A DNA stretch of 61,355 nucleotides, from the NCBI GenBank assembly GCA_034780895.1, contig JAUZTB010000066.1:26890515-26951869 (forward strand), read 5' to 3'. The stretch is from Rhynchobatus australiae (lineage: Eukaryota). The translations under genes were made by a program, and so were the position numbers. The notes under the pieces were generated by a model. It did not search any database, was not told where the DNA came from, and saw only the letters and a program-made list of their open reading frames with translations. Positions 1-12,965 of the stretch are shown in pieces (the stretch's first letter is position 1; the number at the start of each line of letters is the position of its first letter).

Positions 1-1216
1 TGTGTGTGTGTGGGGGGGGGGAGGGCAGTATTTCTATTAAGGTTACCAGGCTATTCCTTGATTAAGTCTCTACTGCAGTGGCCTTCTTGTGAGTCAGAAA
101 CAATCAGGGAGTTAAAGCTGTTTCAAGGTTTTCCAAAAACTTCCCAAACAAGGGAGGAAATGGAAACATTTTTCCATTTCACCATATCCAAATACCTTGA
201 TTTAACATCTTGATCAAATGGCTGCACTTCAGATAATGGAGCATTACCTGATTACTGCACAGAAGTGTCAGTTCAGATGTACATTCAGGTCTTGGAATGG
301 GATTTTAACCCAGAACATCTGAATTATAATCAAGCTTACTACCAAATATGCCAAGTTAACTCTTAGAATAGCAGGAGTAGCACAGGTATGATCTCCTGCT
401 CCACAAAGCTGGTTGGTGAAGACAGTACCCTCAGAACCTCTTCACAAAACTCTCTTATGTGACACTAACAGGTTAAAGTCAAAAAGGGAGCAGCTGTCAA
501 ATCCAAGAGAAGGCGCTCTACGGGGGATATTCCTCCTATATAAACCCTTCTCTACTTTGGGGAGCAGGTGAAAATGAATATACTTTAAATTTTGGAAAGA
601 AGGAAAAGTTTTGGTGACAATCTTTCAGATAAGTGTTGACATTTAAATATTGCCAGTATACTTCATGTTCCAACACTGGCATTACTTCCCCATCAGCAGG
701 GATAGGTACTCAATGCCAGCCTGGTCCACGGCACCCATGTGTCATAAGAGAGCGAAAGAAACATATATATTTGTAGACTCTAATTAAAAGAAATATTCCA
801 AATCCAGGATTCTTTTTCCTTGACTAATTTGCTTCCTTTTAGCCTGAAAGTGTTGACTCATTAGGTTCAGACTTACAATGTCCTGCTATATTGTGCAAGG
901 GACTATCACTCATTGCCTGGACAACAAAAAGGCAATAGACTATGTATTTCATGAATCATCACAGCTGAGCCACCACTTCCCTTCCCTGGAGAAGGCCTTT
1001 AGCTTCTCAGGCGACTTCTATCATTCATTCTGATCATGGCCACTTTTCAACATGGAAGCTGCATTTGCCCCATATCCCTTAATCCCTTAATTAACAAATA
1101 AATCTCTCACTCTCACATTTTAAATTAACGATCATCCTAGCATTAATTGCCACTTGCACAGGATTTCCAAATGTGTGCCAGCTTTTCGCGTGGAAGTGTC
1201 TCCTAAATTCATTCAC

Positions 1217-1528
1217 AGAGTCATAGAAAGATACAGCAGAGAAACAGGCCCTTCAGCCCACCAAGTCCACACTGACCATCAAGCACTCATTTTGCAATGA
1301 TCCCATTTTATTGTCCCCATATTCGCATCAACCCCTGGATTCCATCACTCACTACACACTAGGGCCGAGTCACCTACCAATCTGCACAGTTTTGAAAACC
1401 AAAGCACCCAGGGGAAACCCAGAGGGAGAATGTGTAATATCCACACAGACAGCTCCGGAGGTCAGGATTGAACCCAGGTCGCTGGAGCCGCGAGGTAGTA
1501 ACTCTACTAGCTGAGCCACTGTAGCACC
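1217..1528 (-). mobile_element. tRNA-derived SINE (HE1-like) with CR1-type 3' tail
   Basis: Minus strand begins with A-box TGGCTCAGCTAG and B-box GGTTCAATCC, then the shared GGGTTTTCCCCTGGGTGCT core and a GGGCTGAAGGGCCTGTTTCTCTGCTGTAT tail. Confidence 0.8.
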
Positions 1529-4500
1529 AGAAGTCTTGGTTCTACTTTTCAGACTAACCACTCTAGCTCTAGAAAACAGCTTCCCTGATGTGGAACCAAT
1601 CGGCAAGCAAGGGGAGGCAACTTGGGCTTACTTCTGGCACCTTGGCTGTGGCATGCTGATGAGAGTCCTGATGTTCATCATCAACCAGGTTGAGGCCACC
1701 AAACCTCTTTATTCATTGCAATGTCATTGAGCTAATAGCCTCTGAACTCCAGGATGCTTTATTCAGAAATATTACTTGTCAGCCCATTCAAAACTAAAAT
1801 GCAAATAGACCAGCAGATCTCAGTAGCATTGTACATGTTACATCAGCTGTTTAATGTGATGGGATTGCCATACCATGGAGCATTATCCTGCTGGCAGGCC
1901 TATCGCCTTTAGGCCAAGGGTCTAATTCTTGTATTGGTCACCAGATATTCACTGGAGGATCTCAGTAGTGATACCATTTAACAGCAAACGGTTCAATCCC
2001 CAAAACAGGAGAAGGCCACTCAAAAATGTGAACCAAAAGTTAAATTGATGGTCTTGTGGGTAAGTGCTCAGTTGTTTAAAGGGCAACATTTTTGTCTAGG
2101 ATGTTTAACAGGGCAGTGTTGATNNNNNNNNNNNNNNNNNNNNNNNNNNNNNNNNNNNNNNNNNNNNNNNNNNNNNNNNNNNNNNNNNNNNNNNNNNNNN
2201 NNNNNNNNNNNNNNNNNNNNNNNNNNNNNNNNNNNNNNNNNNNNNNNNNNNNNNNNNNNNNNNNNNNNNNNNNNNNNNNNNNNNNNNNNNNNNNNNNNNN
2301 NNNNNNNNNNNNNNNNNNNNNNNNNNNNNNNNNNNNNNNNNNNNNNNNNNNNNNNNNNNNNNNNNNNNNNNNNNNNNNNNNNNNNNNNNNNNNNNNNNNN
2401 NNNNNNNNNNNNNNNNNNNNNNNNNNNNNNNNNNNNNNNNNNNNNNNNNNNNNNNNNNNNNNNNNNNNNNNNNNNNNNNNNNNNNNNNNNNNNNNNNNNN
2501 NNNNNNNNNNNNNNNNNNNNNNNNNNNNNNNNNNNNNNNNNNNNNNNNNNNNNNNNNNNNNNNNNNNNNNNNNNNNNNNNNNNNNNNNNNNNNNNNNNNN
2601 NNNNNNNNNNNNNNNNNNNNNNNNNNNNNNNNNNNNNNNNNNNNNNNNNNNNNNNNNNNNNNNNNNNNNNNNNNNNNNNNNNNNNNNNNNNNNNNNNNNN
2701 NNNNNNNNNNNNNNNNNNNNNNNNNNNNNNNNNNNNNNNNNNNNNNNNNNNNNNNNNNNNNNNNNNNNNNNNNNNNNNNNNNNNNNNNNNNNNNNNNNNN
2801 NNNNNNNNNNNNNNNNNNNNNNNNNNNNNNNNNNNNNNNNNNNNNNNNNNNNNNNNNNNNNNNNNNNNNNNNNNNNNNNNNNNNNNNNNNNNNNNNNNNN
2901 NNNNNNNNNNNNNNNNNNNNNNNNNNNNNNNNNNNNNNNNNATAGGAAACTCAGGGGTTGGAGGATTAGGGTAGAATTTAAGGCTGATAATTCCACCTCT
3001 CTGTTTTACATGTATTGACCCCAGCTCAGCAGAGGGCACCGCCCATTATGAGCTGGCACCATTTTCCTCTCCTCTCCCCTCACTGTGAGAAGACCTGTGT
3101 TTTACAGGTTCTTTACTGAAATCCCCAGCCACTTTAACACCTCACTTATTGCCTGCTGATCACCCTGAAACGGTTGACTTACAATGCGGACAGACCGTTA
3201 GCACGCTGCATCTTTAACCCCTCGCAGACAGGGTGAAGGCCTCACAACAGCTGAAATTAATAAACTGCTCAGTTACTGCTCTGGGACGAAGGTAGGCTGT
3301 GAGGGGCATGTTTGCATTTTTTAAGAAAGGTAACAAACATTTATAAAACTGGGTGATTGATGGCACATGGTTACTTTTGACATACATCTTAAAGTGATTT
3401 CCCAATAATTTTCTCAGCTTCATCTCTCTTCAATTCTGGTACCAGAGCTTTGCTCCACTGCAGTATCTATTTTGCTCAATTAGCCACACTTAAGGTTAGG
3501 CAGCAAGGAATTCAACTGTGAAGGGGAACATAACTGAACCATCCGCTCCTTATCTGATGATAGTCCCAGTATGGGCAGCTGGGCAGATTCAGCAACTGGG
3601 TCGCCCACGTGTTTTACCTTGCCTCTCTCTGGCCAGTGAGGCTCAACTGTGCTACACAGATATTGCTGTGGTTGAGAACAGTTGTCAGCCCAGAAAAGGC
3701 AAACTTCAAACTCCTCCCCACCCAGGTTGGACGGCTCAGTAAGGAGAGACGATTATTGGCCGTCGAGGCCCATTCCAGGACCTGGGGACGGAGGGATCAG
3801 GGAATGGGAGAAGTTACCCATGACTGAAAAACTGAAGGAACACATCTCCTAACATAATCCTCTGCCAATCGATGTCATTGTATGGAATATCTCGATATGG
3901 AACATCTGGGGAAAAATTTTTTAAAGCACCTACATACAAGGAAGTTTCAGTAGTAACAAAACTCTGCTGATTTAAAGTGAGTCTGCATTTCTGCCATTAC
4001 TCACCGACTGCAGAAACATTTTAAGTTGGCCAATATTGCGGATACCTTGGGTCAGCATTGTTTACTTGATGCATTAATAACTGCAATTAATTTTACCTTC
4101 TTCCCCGACAGGGTTAAATATTTTTTAAAAAATGAGACAGAAACTGAAAAGTATAAAAGTCCCTTGTGCTGAAATGCAAACGCAAGTTGGAAATATTTTT
4201 GTTGGAAGAATGAAGTGTTTATATGGAAAGTATTAAATGTAGGGGAAAGAAACATTTTAAAATTGGATATTTTGCTTTGGGGTGGATGTCAGCTAGGCTG
4301 GAGAACCAAACAAGCCCTGGTAGGCAAATCATAAGGTTCTCAGTTAGTTTAGTGAGTAATTTTGCTATGTTTCTGTCCCCTGCAGTAACTGTGGTACTGT
4401 CCGTAGGTACTTATAACCAGAACACTGCCACTCCCTCCCACGTACTCAGCTGGACAAACAGCTATTCCTCACGACTGATTTATCACTGACGGTGAGTCAG

Positions 4501-4754
4501 GGTGTTACCGAAACACAGGCGGACATCACATTGGTCCATACAAACAGTCGCACCTCCAGGAGGGGTGAAGTGACCTGCAGTGCAACAGCGACTGGTTGTT
4601 CCACACTTACAGGAGCTCTGAAACCAACTGCAGTCCTACCCCTATCCTCACACCTGCTGCCCACAACTGACAGCACAGATTAGTAATTAAACCTGGGGCA
4701 TCCTGCTTCTCATCAGCTGCTCACTGCTCTAATCTCCCCAAAAGGAGCTTTCAG

Positions 4755-4760
4755 TTTATT
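4755..4760 (-). other. Candidate polyadenylation signal of FZD9
   Basis: TTTATT on + (AATAAA on -) ~610 nt past the FZD9 stop, in AT-rich sequence. Confidence 0.35.
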
Positions 4761-5371
4761 CAAAGAGGATTTTGCAGCAAAATACCAGGGATTTGTCAAA
4801 AATAATTATATATCTTTGGGAATGTGAGAGATTATTAGAATTAAAAAATAACATTTAAAACGTGATCAATATTTACTATTTTAGTTACATTTTGATACTA
4901 GACCCCAGCAATTCCACTGTGTCCTTTTGGAAATGAGACTGCTCTAAACTGCATGACTGCAAAGAAACTCTGATAACCTTTTACAGGGTTGGCACAGTGA
5001 AATTTAGATGAGCTTACCACCAAAACAAAAATCCAGTGTCAGCTCACAATATATCCGAACTACTCCATCCATCTGTTCTGAGTCGTGGACCAGTCTCTTT
5101 TCGCCCAGTCGACTGGTGCGGAGATGTTGGAAGAAAAACAGCCACCATGTCTTTCTGAAAATCTGCTTCCCCCCAGTATCCTACACCGACAGGTCTTAGA
5201 ATGGGAATTAAGCCTTTACATGGATTTTACAGGAGCCCAATACAAATCCGATAGGATAAGAGGCATCAGTATTGTGACTACTAGAACTAGTAAACTGTGG
5301 CCAGGGAGTTGGTCCCTGAGCCGTGTACTGGGCTGACTGTTCTGCTAGTGTTTTCTTTGACCTGGTATTGG

Positions 5372-7120
5372 TTACACGTGGGTTGGATTGTCTAGGTAAG
5401 GGTCTGTTTTGCTCATGTGAACCATGACTGAAGGCGCCTTGTAGTGGCAATGGCTGGCAGAGCAATTGACCCCACTGCAAGGCTTCCCTCGAGTCCTCAC
5501 CGACAGCTTTCTGCTGCACAAACTCTGCCAAGTCTGCAGGGTCTTTGAGCTCCAGACCCATATCCCACTGGTGATCCCCACCACCAGAGACATGAAGATC
5601 TTCAGCATGAAGACAGCCACCGTGGGCACAGAGATGTCCAAAGTGCAGTCCATAGTCCTTCTCCCAGGGTAGACCAGGCAAGGTTGCTCAGAGGCTAGCA
5701 CTTTCCAATAATCCATGTTCAACCTTTCGTAGAAATAGCAGACAATGACACACGTGGCCGGGACAGTGTAGAGTATGGAGAAGACTCCAATCTTCACCAT
5801 CAATTTCTCCAGCTTCTCTGTATTGGTGCCCCCCGTCTTCATGATCTTGCGGATGTGGAAGAGCGCCACGAACCCGGTTAGGATGAAGGAGGTCCCGATC
5901 ACCAGGTAACAGGACAGCGGGATGAGCACAAAGCCCGTCAGTGCGTTGACGTCCATACTGCCCACATAACAAAGACCAGTCAACTCATCGCCTGCCACCT
6001 TCCTCATGGTCAGTATAATGATGGTCTTCATGGCGGGCACACCCCAGGCAGCCATGTGGAAGTAGCTGCTGTGAGCCTCGATGGCTTCGTGGCCCCACTT
6101 CTTGCCCGCCGCCAGGAACCACGTCAAGGTGAGGATGACCCACCACAGCGAGCTGGCCATGCCGAAGTAATACAGGATGAGGAACACGATGGTGCAACCT
6201 GTGCTCTCCAGGCCCTCCTGGATGACATACAGCTCCCCATTCTCGCGGTCGCAGGCGATGTTCTCAGCCCCGGCCACCGAGCGGATGATGAATGCCACCG
6301 AGTAGACGTTGTAGCACATGGACAGGAAGATGATGGGCCTCTCGGGGTACTGGAAGCGGTGAGGGTCCAACAGGAAGGTCAGCACGGTGAACGCAGTGGA
6401 GATGAAGCACAGCGTGGACCAGACCGCCATCCAGATGAAAGCAAAGTCTTTGTCCCCCTTGGACCAGTAGACATCCACGCCAGGAGAGCACTTGGGGGCG
6501 CAGGTCAGGCTCTTCTCCACGTACTGGAACTTGTCGGGGTTGTCACAAGAGCCGAGCGGGCCCTGGCCCCTGCCGTCCGTAGCCCCGGGCATCCTGGCAC
6601 GGGGGGCCACGGGCANNNNNNNNNNNNNNNNNNNNNNNNNNNNNNNNNNNNNNNNNNNNNNNNNNNNNNNNNNNNNNNNNNNGTCGTTCCTGGTGGGCAG
6701 CTTGGTGCAGTCCAGGGACTCGGGCCAGCCGAAGTTGAACTGGGCCATGATGGGGGCGCAGCGCTGGCGCGCTTGCTCACACATGGGTCTGCAGGCGGGG
6801 ATGGAGGTGGACACTTGGTCAGTGCACATGGGGGCATAGAGGGAGCACAGGAAGAGCCGGAGGTGGACGTGACAGCCGTACTCGACCAGCGGCGCGAACT
6901 CGTGCAGCTTGATCGCCGCTTCCCTCTGGTTCTGGTGACCCATGTAGTTGGGCATCCTGGTCATGTTGTAGCCGATCCCCAGGCACATGGGGATCTCGAT
7001 CGCCTCGCACTTGGCTTCCCTGCCTCTCTCGTGGTCGATGGAGCCGATGCCCCGGCAGCTCCCGAGCAGCAGCGACTGGCAGAGGGTTGCGAGGAACACC
7101 CCGCGCAGGAACCGCTCCAT
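5372..7120 (-). CDS. FZD9: Frizzled-9-type Wnt receptor, single exon (582 aa; 67 N inside the CRD-TM linker)
   Basis: Signal peptide; cysteine-rich domain (CEAIEIPMC...YNMTRMPN...); seven TM segments with [13 protein letters not shown] and [15 protein letters not shown]; KTxxxW motif (KTLQTW). The C-tail [26 protein letters not shown] matches the FZD9 tail rather than the FZD10 tail. Frame is preserved across the gap at 6616-6682. Confidence 0.93.
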   Translation of the reverse strand: MERFLRGVFLATLCQSLLLGSCRGIGSIDHERGREAKCEAIEIPMCLGIGYNMTRMPNYMGHQNQREAAIKLHEFAPLVEYGCHVHLRLFLCSLYAPMCTDQVSTSIPACRPMCEQARQRCAPIMAQFNFGWPESLDCTKLPTRNDXXXXXXXXXXXXXXXXXXXXXXXPVAPRARMPGATDGRGQGPLGSCDNPDKFQYVEKSLTCAPKCSPGVDVYWSKGDKDFAFIWMAVWSTLCFISTAFTVLTFLLDPHRFQYPERPIIFLSMCYNVYSVAFIIRSVAGAENIACDRENGELYVIQEGLESTGCTIVFLILYYFGMASSLWWVILTLTWFLAAGKKWGHEAIEAHSSYFHMAAWGVPAMKTIIILTMRKVAGDELTGLCYVGSMDVNALTGFVLIPLSCYLVIGTSFILTGFVALFHIRKIMKTGGTNTEKLEKLMVKIGVFSILYTVPATCVIVCYFYERLNMDYWKVLASEQPCLVYPGRRTMDCTLDISVPTVAVFMLKIFMSLVVGITSGIWVWSSKTLQTWQSLCSRKLSVRTRGKPCSGVNCSASHCHYKAPSVMVHMSKTDPYLDNPTHV

Positions 7121-7900
7121 TCTCGGCCCCCGAGCTCCCTCGCCCGATGCTCACAGCGACATATCCCTCCCCAAGCCGGGGTGCGAAGAAGGCAGGAGCG
7201 CCGGTGCAAGCCTCAAATAAGCCGCCCGTTTAAATAGTCTCGCCGGCTAATTCAATCCTCTCAAGTCAGCGCTGTCAGACTTGGCAATGAGTATTTCCAG
7301 CCACAGGAGTGTTGATCAGAACCTGCAAACGAAGCGGGCGCTTTGATCCCAATCCTCAAAGGCTTTGACTTTTCTTGTTGTTTAGTAAACACGGGAGAGA
7401 TTTCGCCGACTGCTCGCCAGCTCTGCACTTCGCTGGGTCCCTCTGCTCTTTGTTGAAAGCAGCAGATGCTGGCGCCAGCTCACGCTCGCCCGGGAGGTCC
7501 TGGGGAGGGTGTGGAGGTGACACTGGCGGGGGTGAGGGTAGGAGCTGATGCGCGGCCCCGCCGCCCCGCTGCCCGCCTACCTGGCCGCCTCTTCTCGCTG
7601 CCGAAGCTTTGCAGAAACTGACCAGCAACTAATCCTGCCAACAGAACCAGTCCCGGGGAGGCGAGGGGGCGGAGTCACCCAGGGCCACCTCCAATTGGCT
7701 CGCCCAGCCTCAGCGATCCGGGGCTGCCGCGCTCCTCGCGAGTTTATTGGCCGCCCCTTTTGCCACTCAAGCGGGAAAAAAGGGCGGGCCGACTCGCTTG
7801 TCAGTCAAATTTCGAGCCAAAGACATGGGTTGCAAAACAGAGGAGCCCTTTGCAATTCCTGTCACCTCCTACTGACGGACTGAGCCCGGGCTGTCCACTC
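7121..7900 (-). promoter_or_regulatory. CpG-rich promoter/5' region of FZD9
   Basis: High GC and CpG density continuing from the CDS; GC boxes (GGGGGCGGAG 7665-7674, GGGCGGG ~7781); CCAAT motifs (CCAATTGG 7691-7698, ATTGG 7746-7750); TATA-like TATTTAAA on the minus strand ~7229-7236. Confidence 0.7.
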
Positions 7901-8409
7901 CAACTTTGTAAATGCAGCAGTGTTTTAAATATCCCCAACTTTGAAACATGTGTTTGTGCGAAATTCGTCCTCAAACTTCCCTTACTAACGAAAAAGTACT
8001 TTTCAATTCAGCCTGCTTTTCCTTGAAGATATTTTACTATGTTGAAGAAAGCTGCATTACTTTAATTACCTATCGCATTCATTCCATTTCAATATATTTC
8101 CCTGGGTACATATAACGGGCTTTCTGATATCACGGAACTAGCCAGAGCTGAATTTCACCGAGACTTGAGATCACAAACGCCATAAAACGAGGTTTCCAAC
8201 AAATGTTAAACTCGGTTTCGCCCTCCACTTGGGCTGTCCGACCTGTTGACTATTTCCTCCGCCTTCTCCTCTTTTCTCCGTCAAGTTTTCCCGGCTCGCC
8301 AGGAGATAGAACTGGATGTTTGAAAAGTTTAGCCAAATGGTCACAATCCACAGTGTGTGGAACTAATCTTTAAAAGTCATTTTAATTTTTTTTTCTGAGA
8401 ATGGAGAGA

Positions 8410-8555
8410 GGGCGATTAATATTTGAGGCATTGAGACACACACATGGACAGGCGGGGAATGGAGGGATATAGACCATGTGCAGGCAGATGGAATCAGTTT
8501 AATTCGGCTTCATGGTCGACACAGAGTCGATGGGCCGATGGGCTGTGCCGTCCTT
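8410..8555 (+). mobile_element. CR1 LINE 3' end fragment
   Basis: GGAGGGATATAGACCATGTGCAGGCAGATGG...GATGGGCCGATGGGCTG matches the CR1 3' ends elsewhere in the window. Confidence 0.6.
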
Positions 8556-9944
8556 TGTTCAAAATAAAGCCAAATTAACAAGTAAATTAAACCTTAAAAC
8601 AAAACTTGAAGAACCCCTGATCTTTGGACAACGATTCTCTTCCTCAGGTGAAGAAACACGATGAGGTCTAGCAGTAGAAGTGTCCCGTGNNNNNNNNNNN
8701 NNNNNNNNNNNNNNNNNNNNNNNNNNNNNNNNNNNNNNNNNNNNNNNNNNNNNNNNNNNNNNNNNNNNNNNNNNNNNNNNNNNNNNNNNCCCGTGATACA
8801 CACCTCTCCAGCAATCTGTCTCTTAACCTCGGGGACAGACGAGGCTCTGAGTGATTAATTTTCCAACAAACATAAATAAACAAAGACCATGTTAACTTTT
8901 CCTCTCTGTAAATGTTAATAACTGCTATTTCTAGCATCTGTTTTTATTTTAGAATTTCCCCATCCAGTTCTCCCACTGTACAGGAGTCCCATTATTTAAT
9001 GTTCTCAAGAACCCAGTGTTATTTCTACATTTCAGTCCCGCAGTACAGTTTATCTGGAAACAGACCGTTGTTTGTGCTGCCGTTGCAGGTTTTTTTTTAA
9101 AGAAACATGTCCATTCTGTCAGAATGGCTCAGTCTCCTTTAATTCTCCTTTGAAATCCTGTCACTGAGGAGACTGTCCTTAAAGAAGCGCCGAAGAATTA
9201 AAATGAAGGAGCTGTGAATGCCATTAGCTCGCTTTCCAAAAAGTCTTTTCACCTCAGCGAAGGGCACAACAAGAGCCGACTGCAGACAATGACAAAAAAG
9301 GATGGAACCCCGGGGAGAGAGGGAGAGAGGGAGCTGGGATTTGGGGCAGATCTTTGCACGGCTTCATTTGTGACTCTCTTTTTCAAAGTGCTTCTGTTCT
9401 CTGCTCCTTTCACTCAAACAATGCTCTGCCCTTTCTGAGCCGAAAGTGGGAAGATTGAAAATACAAGAAGTTCTCTGTGCATCAGCCTGCTCCCCATTAC
9501 CGCTCTCTGCCTGACCGGTCTGTTTTTTCTTGCATCCATCTACCTAACCATTTGACTATCTACGTGTTTACTAATTCTCACTCTCAGTCCGTGTCCTGGT
9601 CAGTCTGTCAGTAACCCAATAAAGAAATCACCTTCTCCCTGTCCTCTTTCCCTACTACGCTTCTTTTATTTCTGCTTTCTGTTCTTTATATCTTTTTGTA
9701 TTTTCCTCCTTCCGTTCTCCAACATTTTGCCTTAATCTATTGTTTGCCCCGCTCGCCCCTACCCACTTTCTCTCGCTCTCTGGATGATTGCAGTTCTGGC
9801 TTTCCCGTCCTGCCGCAGAACTCGGTACTGTTTGAAGGCAGAAGATGGTGCCTTCTGTAAAGATATTATCAAGGGTAGAAGAAAAACAATGTGAGTTTTA
9901 ATGTGTCCATAAAGAGAATTATTTAGGCACCCCTACGTGCGTGT

Positions 9945-9968
9945 GACAGTGTGTGTGTGTGTATACAC

Positions 9969-10004
<36 letters not shown>

Positions 10005-10015
10005 ACACACCACAT
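9945..10015. repeat. (GT)n/(AC)n microsatellite
   Basis: GT run followed directly by a longer AC run. Confidence 0.95.
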
Positions 10016-11059
10016 ATACAGGTGCACGGTGACACACATCAATACACACTATTCTCAATGGTCAACATTAGTAGAATTAGTGCAAATATTATTAGAGAGG
10101 TCATTAAACGTATGACGGCGGAACGTCAGCACCTGCTGGACTCCCGGCTCCTGATTTCACCCACTTATACCAGTGGTGAATGTGACTGGGGCTTGGGGGG
10201 AACTTCAGCACCCGGGGTTCCCAGCGGTGGGAGTTGGGACATGCCGTCACCACACTATCGACCACCGCGCACGACTCCCAGTAAAAGCAGAAGATGGGTC
10301 CATTCACTCCACAACCTAGGCTGGCAAAAGCGGGGAACTGATAGTGGATTCACTGCCCGTGTTATATTACATCAGGATAGCGTCTGTGAGAGGGGACTGG
10401 AAGTCACCGAGTAATAGTTTCGTTGACCAGGGACTATGATGATGTAATATTGGCCGGGGGTTGAGAAACGGTGCGGGGGAATGCAACTGTCTCGGGGGGG
10501 GTGGAAATAACATGTTTACTGAATCTCCTTTGTTTCTGGAGTTTGAGCGGAAGCAGTCAAGTCTGTGGCCACCCACTTGGTTTGGGAGTCCAGGGACGGG
10601 CGCCTTGGTCTGACCTCACCCGCGCTGTGGCCCTTGCTCCCAGTTAGTGTTGCTGCCGGCTCTCTGGGCTCCAGTGCTTCAGGAGCAGGTCTGTCGGGTC
10701 AAGGTATGGGGCAGCATTCAGCCGGGGGGTGGGGGTGATATTCACGGGTGGAGCGGGTCTCGCCTCCCTCTTCCCGTTCCGCTGGCTGTCCAGGTGAAAC
10801 CCTCACAACCTCCCCGCTCCCAACATGTCAACACAGCAACAAGAGCCCAAATCTGTTCAAGCCCAAATCTGCGCCTTTGTTCAAGAAGGGAAATAGTGAT
10901 AATCCAGGTACTTGTCGGGCAGCGAGCCTCACATCAACGGTAACGAAGCTATTGGAGAGGATACTGAGGCATATATGTGCACTTGGAAAGGCATGGCCTG
11001 CTAGGGACAGTCGGCATGGCCTTGTGTGGGGCAGGTCGTGCCTTCCAAGATCCCAAGAG

Positions 11060-11400
11060 CCCAAATTCTGCAATTCCAACAATGCTGGAACCTGGAGCAA
11101 CAAACAATCTGCTGGAGGAAGCCAGCGCGTCGAGCAGCATCTGTGGGAGGAAAGGAATTGTTTCAGGTCGACACTTTGCATCAGGACGAAGAATGAAGAG
11201 GGTCCTTCTCTTATCACCAACCCCTCTCTTCGCTTTATACTGGCCCCTGTCTCCCGACTCCCCTTCCTGCTCTTTATACTGGCCACCTCCCCTCGCCACT
11301 CTCAGTCCTGATGCACGGTTTGGACCCGAAACGTCAACAATTCCTTTCCCCCCATAGATGCTGCTCGCCCCCGTTGAGTTCCTCCAGCGGATTGTCACTG
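11060..11400. mobile_element. Penelope-type inverted-repeat remnant
   Basis: Arm CTGCTGGAGGAA..GCAGCATCTGTGGGAGGAAAGGAATTG..CATCAGGAC and its reverse complement GTCCTGATG..CAATTCCTTTCC..AGATGCTGC..TTCCTCCAGC flank a pyrimidine-rich core. Family assignment is by recall. Confidence 0.6.
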
Positions 11401-11849
11401 CGGCAAGAGGGAGAGATGGAGGTCAAAACACACGGCGCTGTGAAGATGTCCTCACACCCAACAAATGCTCGGGATTTTATGGGGCTTTGTGCTGTCCTGA
11501 TTCCCAAACACCAAATAAACACAGGGGTTTTACAAGGCAGATATGGTGAGAGACTTTGACAACAAGCTGGCGTTGTTCATTGATTTAAAACCCGGTACTG
11601 AACAACGAGAAGCTCTGACAGGGCTCCCAGTTCTGACTGAGGCTCTCCGACCTGAAATGTGAGCTTCTGTTTCTCTTGACACAGCTGCGGCCGTCTGAGC
11701 GTTTGCAGTATTTTCTGCTTTTATTTCAGAGGATCCGGGGACAATACTTCCAACTTTCCGTTTAAACAAGGAGGCAGTGTACCGCTCAACCAGAGATTTG
11801 GGCTCGTTAACAGATTTGGGCTGGGCAGGTAAGTGGGCACCCAACAATC

Positions 11850-12120
11850 AAGATAAGATATCCTTATTAGTCACATGTACATCCAAACACACAGTGAAAT
11901 ACAGCTTTTGCCTAGAGTGTTCTAGGGGCAGCCCGCAAGTGTCGCTACACTTCCAACGCCAACATAATATGCCCACAACTTCCTAACCTGTCCACCTTTG
12001 GAATGTGGGAGGAAACCGGAGCACCCGGAGGAAACCCATGCAGACACGGGGAGAACTTACAAACTGCTTACAGACAGCGGCCGGAATTGAACCTGGGTCA
12101 CTGCTACACTACCGTGCCTG
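11850..12120 (-). mobile_element. SINE (same core family), different tail
   Basis: TGTGGGAGGAAACCGGAGCACCCGGAGGAAACCCATGCAGACACGGGGAGAAC core, plus a B-box (GAATTGAACC on +). Confidence 0.8.
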
Positions 12121-12850
12121 ATGAACTCCACTGGGGCATATGGTGGGGGCTTCTTCATGGACCACCACAGTTTGGAGGGACAATGTGACTAACTGGGCTT
12201 GAGAAGGGAGCAATAAGAGGCACCCACACAGTGGGGCTGGATGCACTCACAGGATAAGACACATCAGCACATGTAGAGGGTTTTGCATAAAGAGCATTAA
12301 TGAACTTCGAGACACAAGAGACCGCAGGTGCTGGAATCTGGAGCAAAAAACAAACTTCATCCGGACTCCACTCCCCTCCACAGATGCCACCTGGCCCACT
12401 GAGTTCCTCCAGCATCTTGTTTGTTGCTCTTTAAATAGTTGGTTCCAACCCCTATCGTGCCCCGGGTTGTGCTCCTGTGTGAGCCTTTGGATGAGAACTT
12501 GAGGCTCTGTCTTGGGCCAGCAGTTGGAGCCTGTGGAACTGTATCACACAGGAGATTCTTGTTTTCAAATGCCAAGCAAACTGTAAACAAGAAAAGAAAA
12601 TCACCTATAGACAATCCAAGAAAGGGATTAAGGTCGGATCCTCCATGGGGCTGTTGTTAAAATGTGTTTGATGTTGTGAATCATCACCCAGAGAACTGGA
12701 ATTCAGACAGACCCAATAATAGGTGAGGGAAAAGGATCTGGGGAGGACACAGGGCAGAATCCCAGACTGGGGTATTTGATGGTCTGCATGGATTTATTGA
12801 GCCAAAGGATCTGTTTCCATGCTGTATCTCTCTATGACTCTTGTTCCAGA

Positions 12851-12965
12851 GCAGAGCTCCACACTGGGGCAGGACACAGACCAGAGCTTCACAATGGGGC
12901 AGAACACAAAGCAGGGCTCCACATGGGGCAGGACACAGAGTAGAGCTCCATACTGGGGCAGGCTC
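12851..12965. repeat. ~30-bp minisatellite, ~4 copies
   Basis: Unit ~GCAGAGCTCCACACTGGGGCAGGACACAGA. Confidence 0.8.

Noticed and set aside
1460-1528. tRNA-like A/B boxes
   Set aside because: Head of a tRNA-derived SINE, continuous with the SINE core; not a full cloverleaf gene.
2068-3039. Long ORFs of 306-323 aa (also those at 40778-41327 and 8559-8937)
   Set aside because: They are runs of N across assembly gaps, not coding sequence.
6056-7237. 393-aa ORF antisense to FZD9 and other overlapping ORFs
   Set aside because: Expected shadow of GC-rich coding sequence; no recognisable domain.
10748-11398. Cluster of 126-187 aa overlapping ORFs
   Set aside because: Composite of a CR1 fragment and a Penelope-type inverted repeat.
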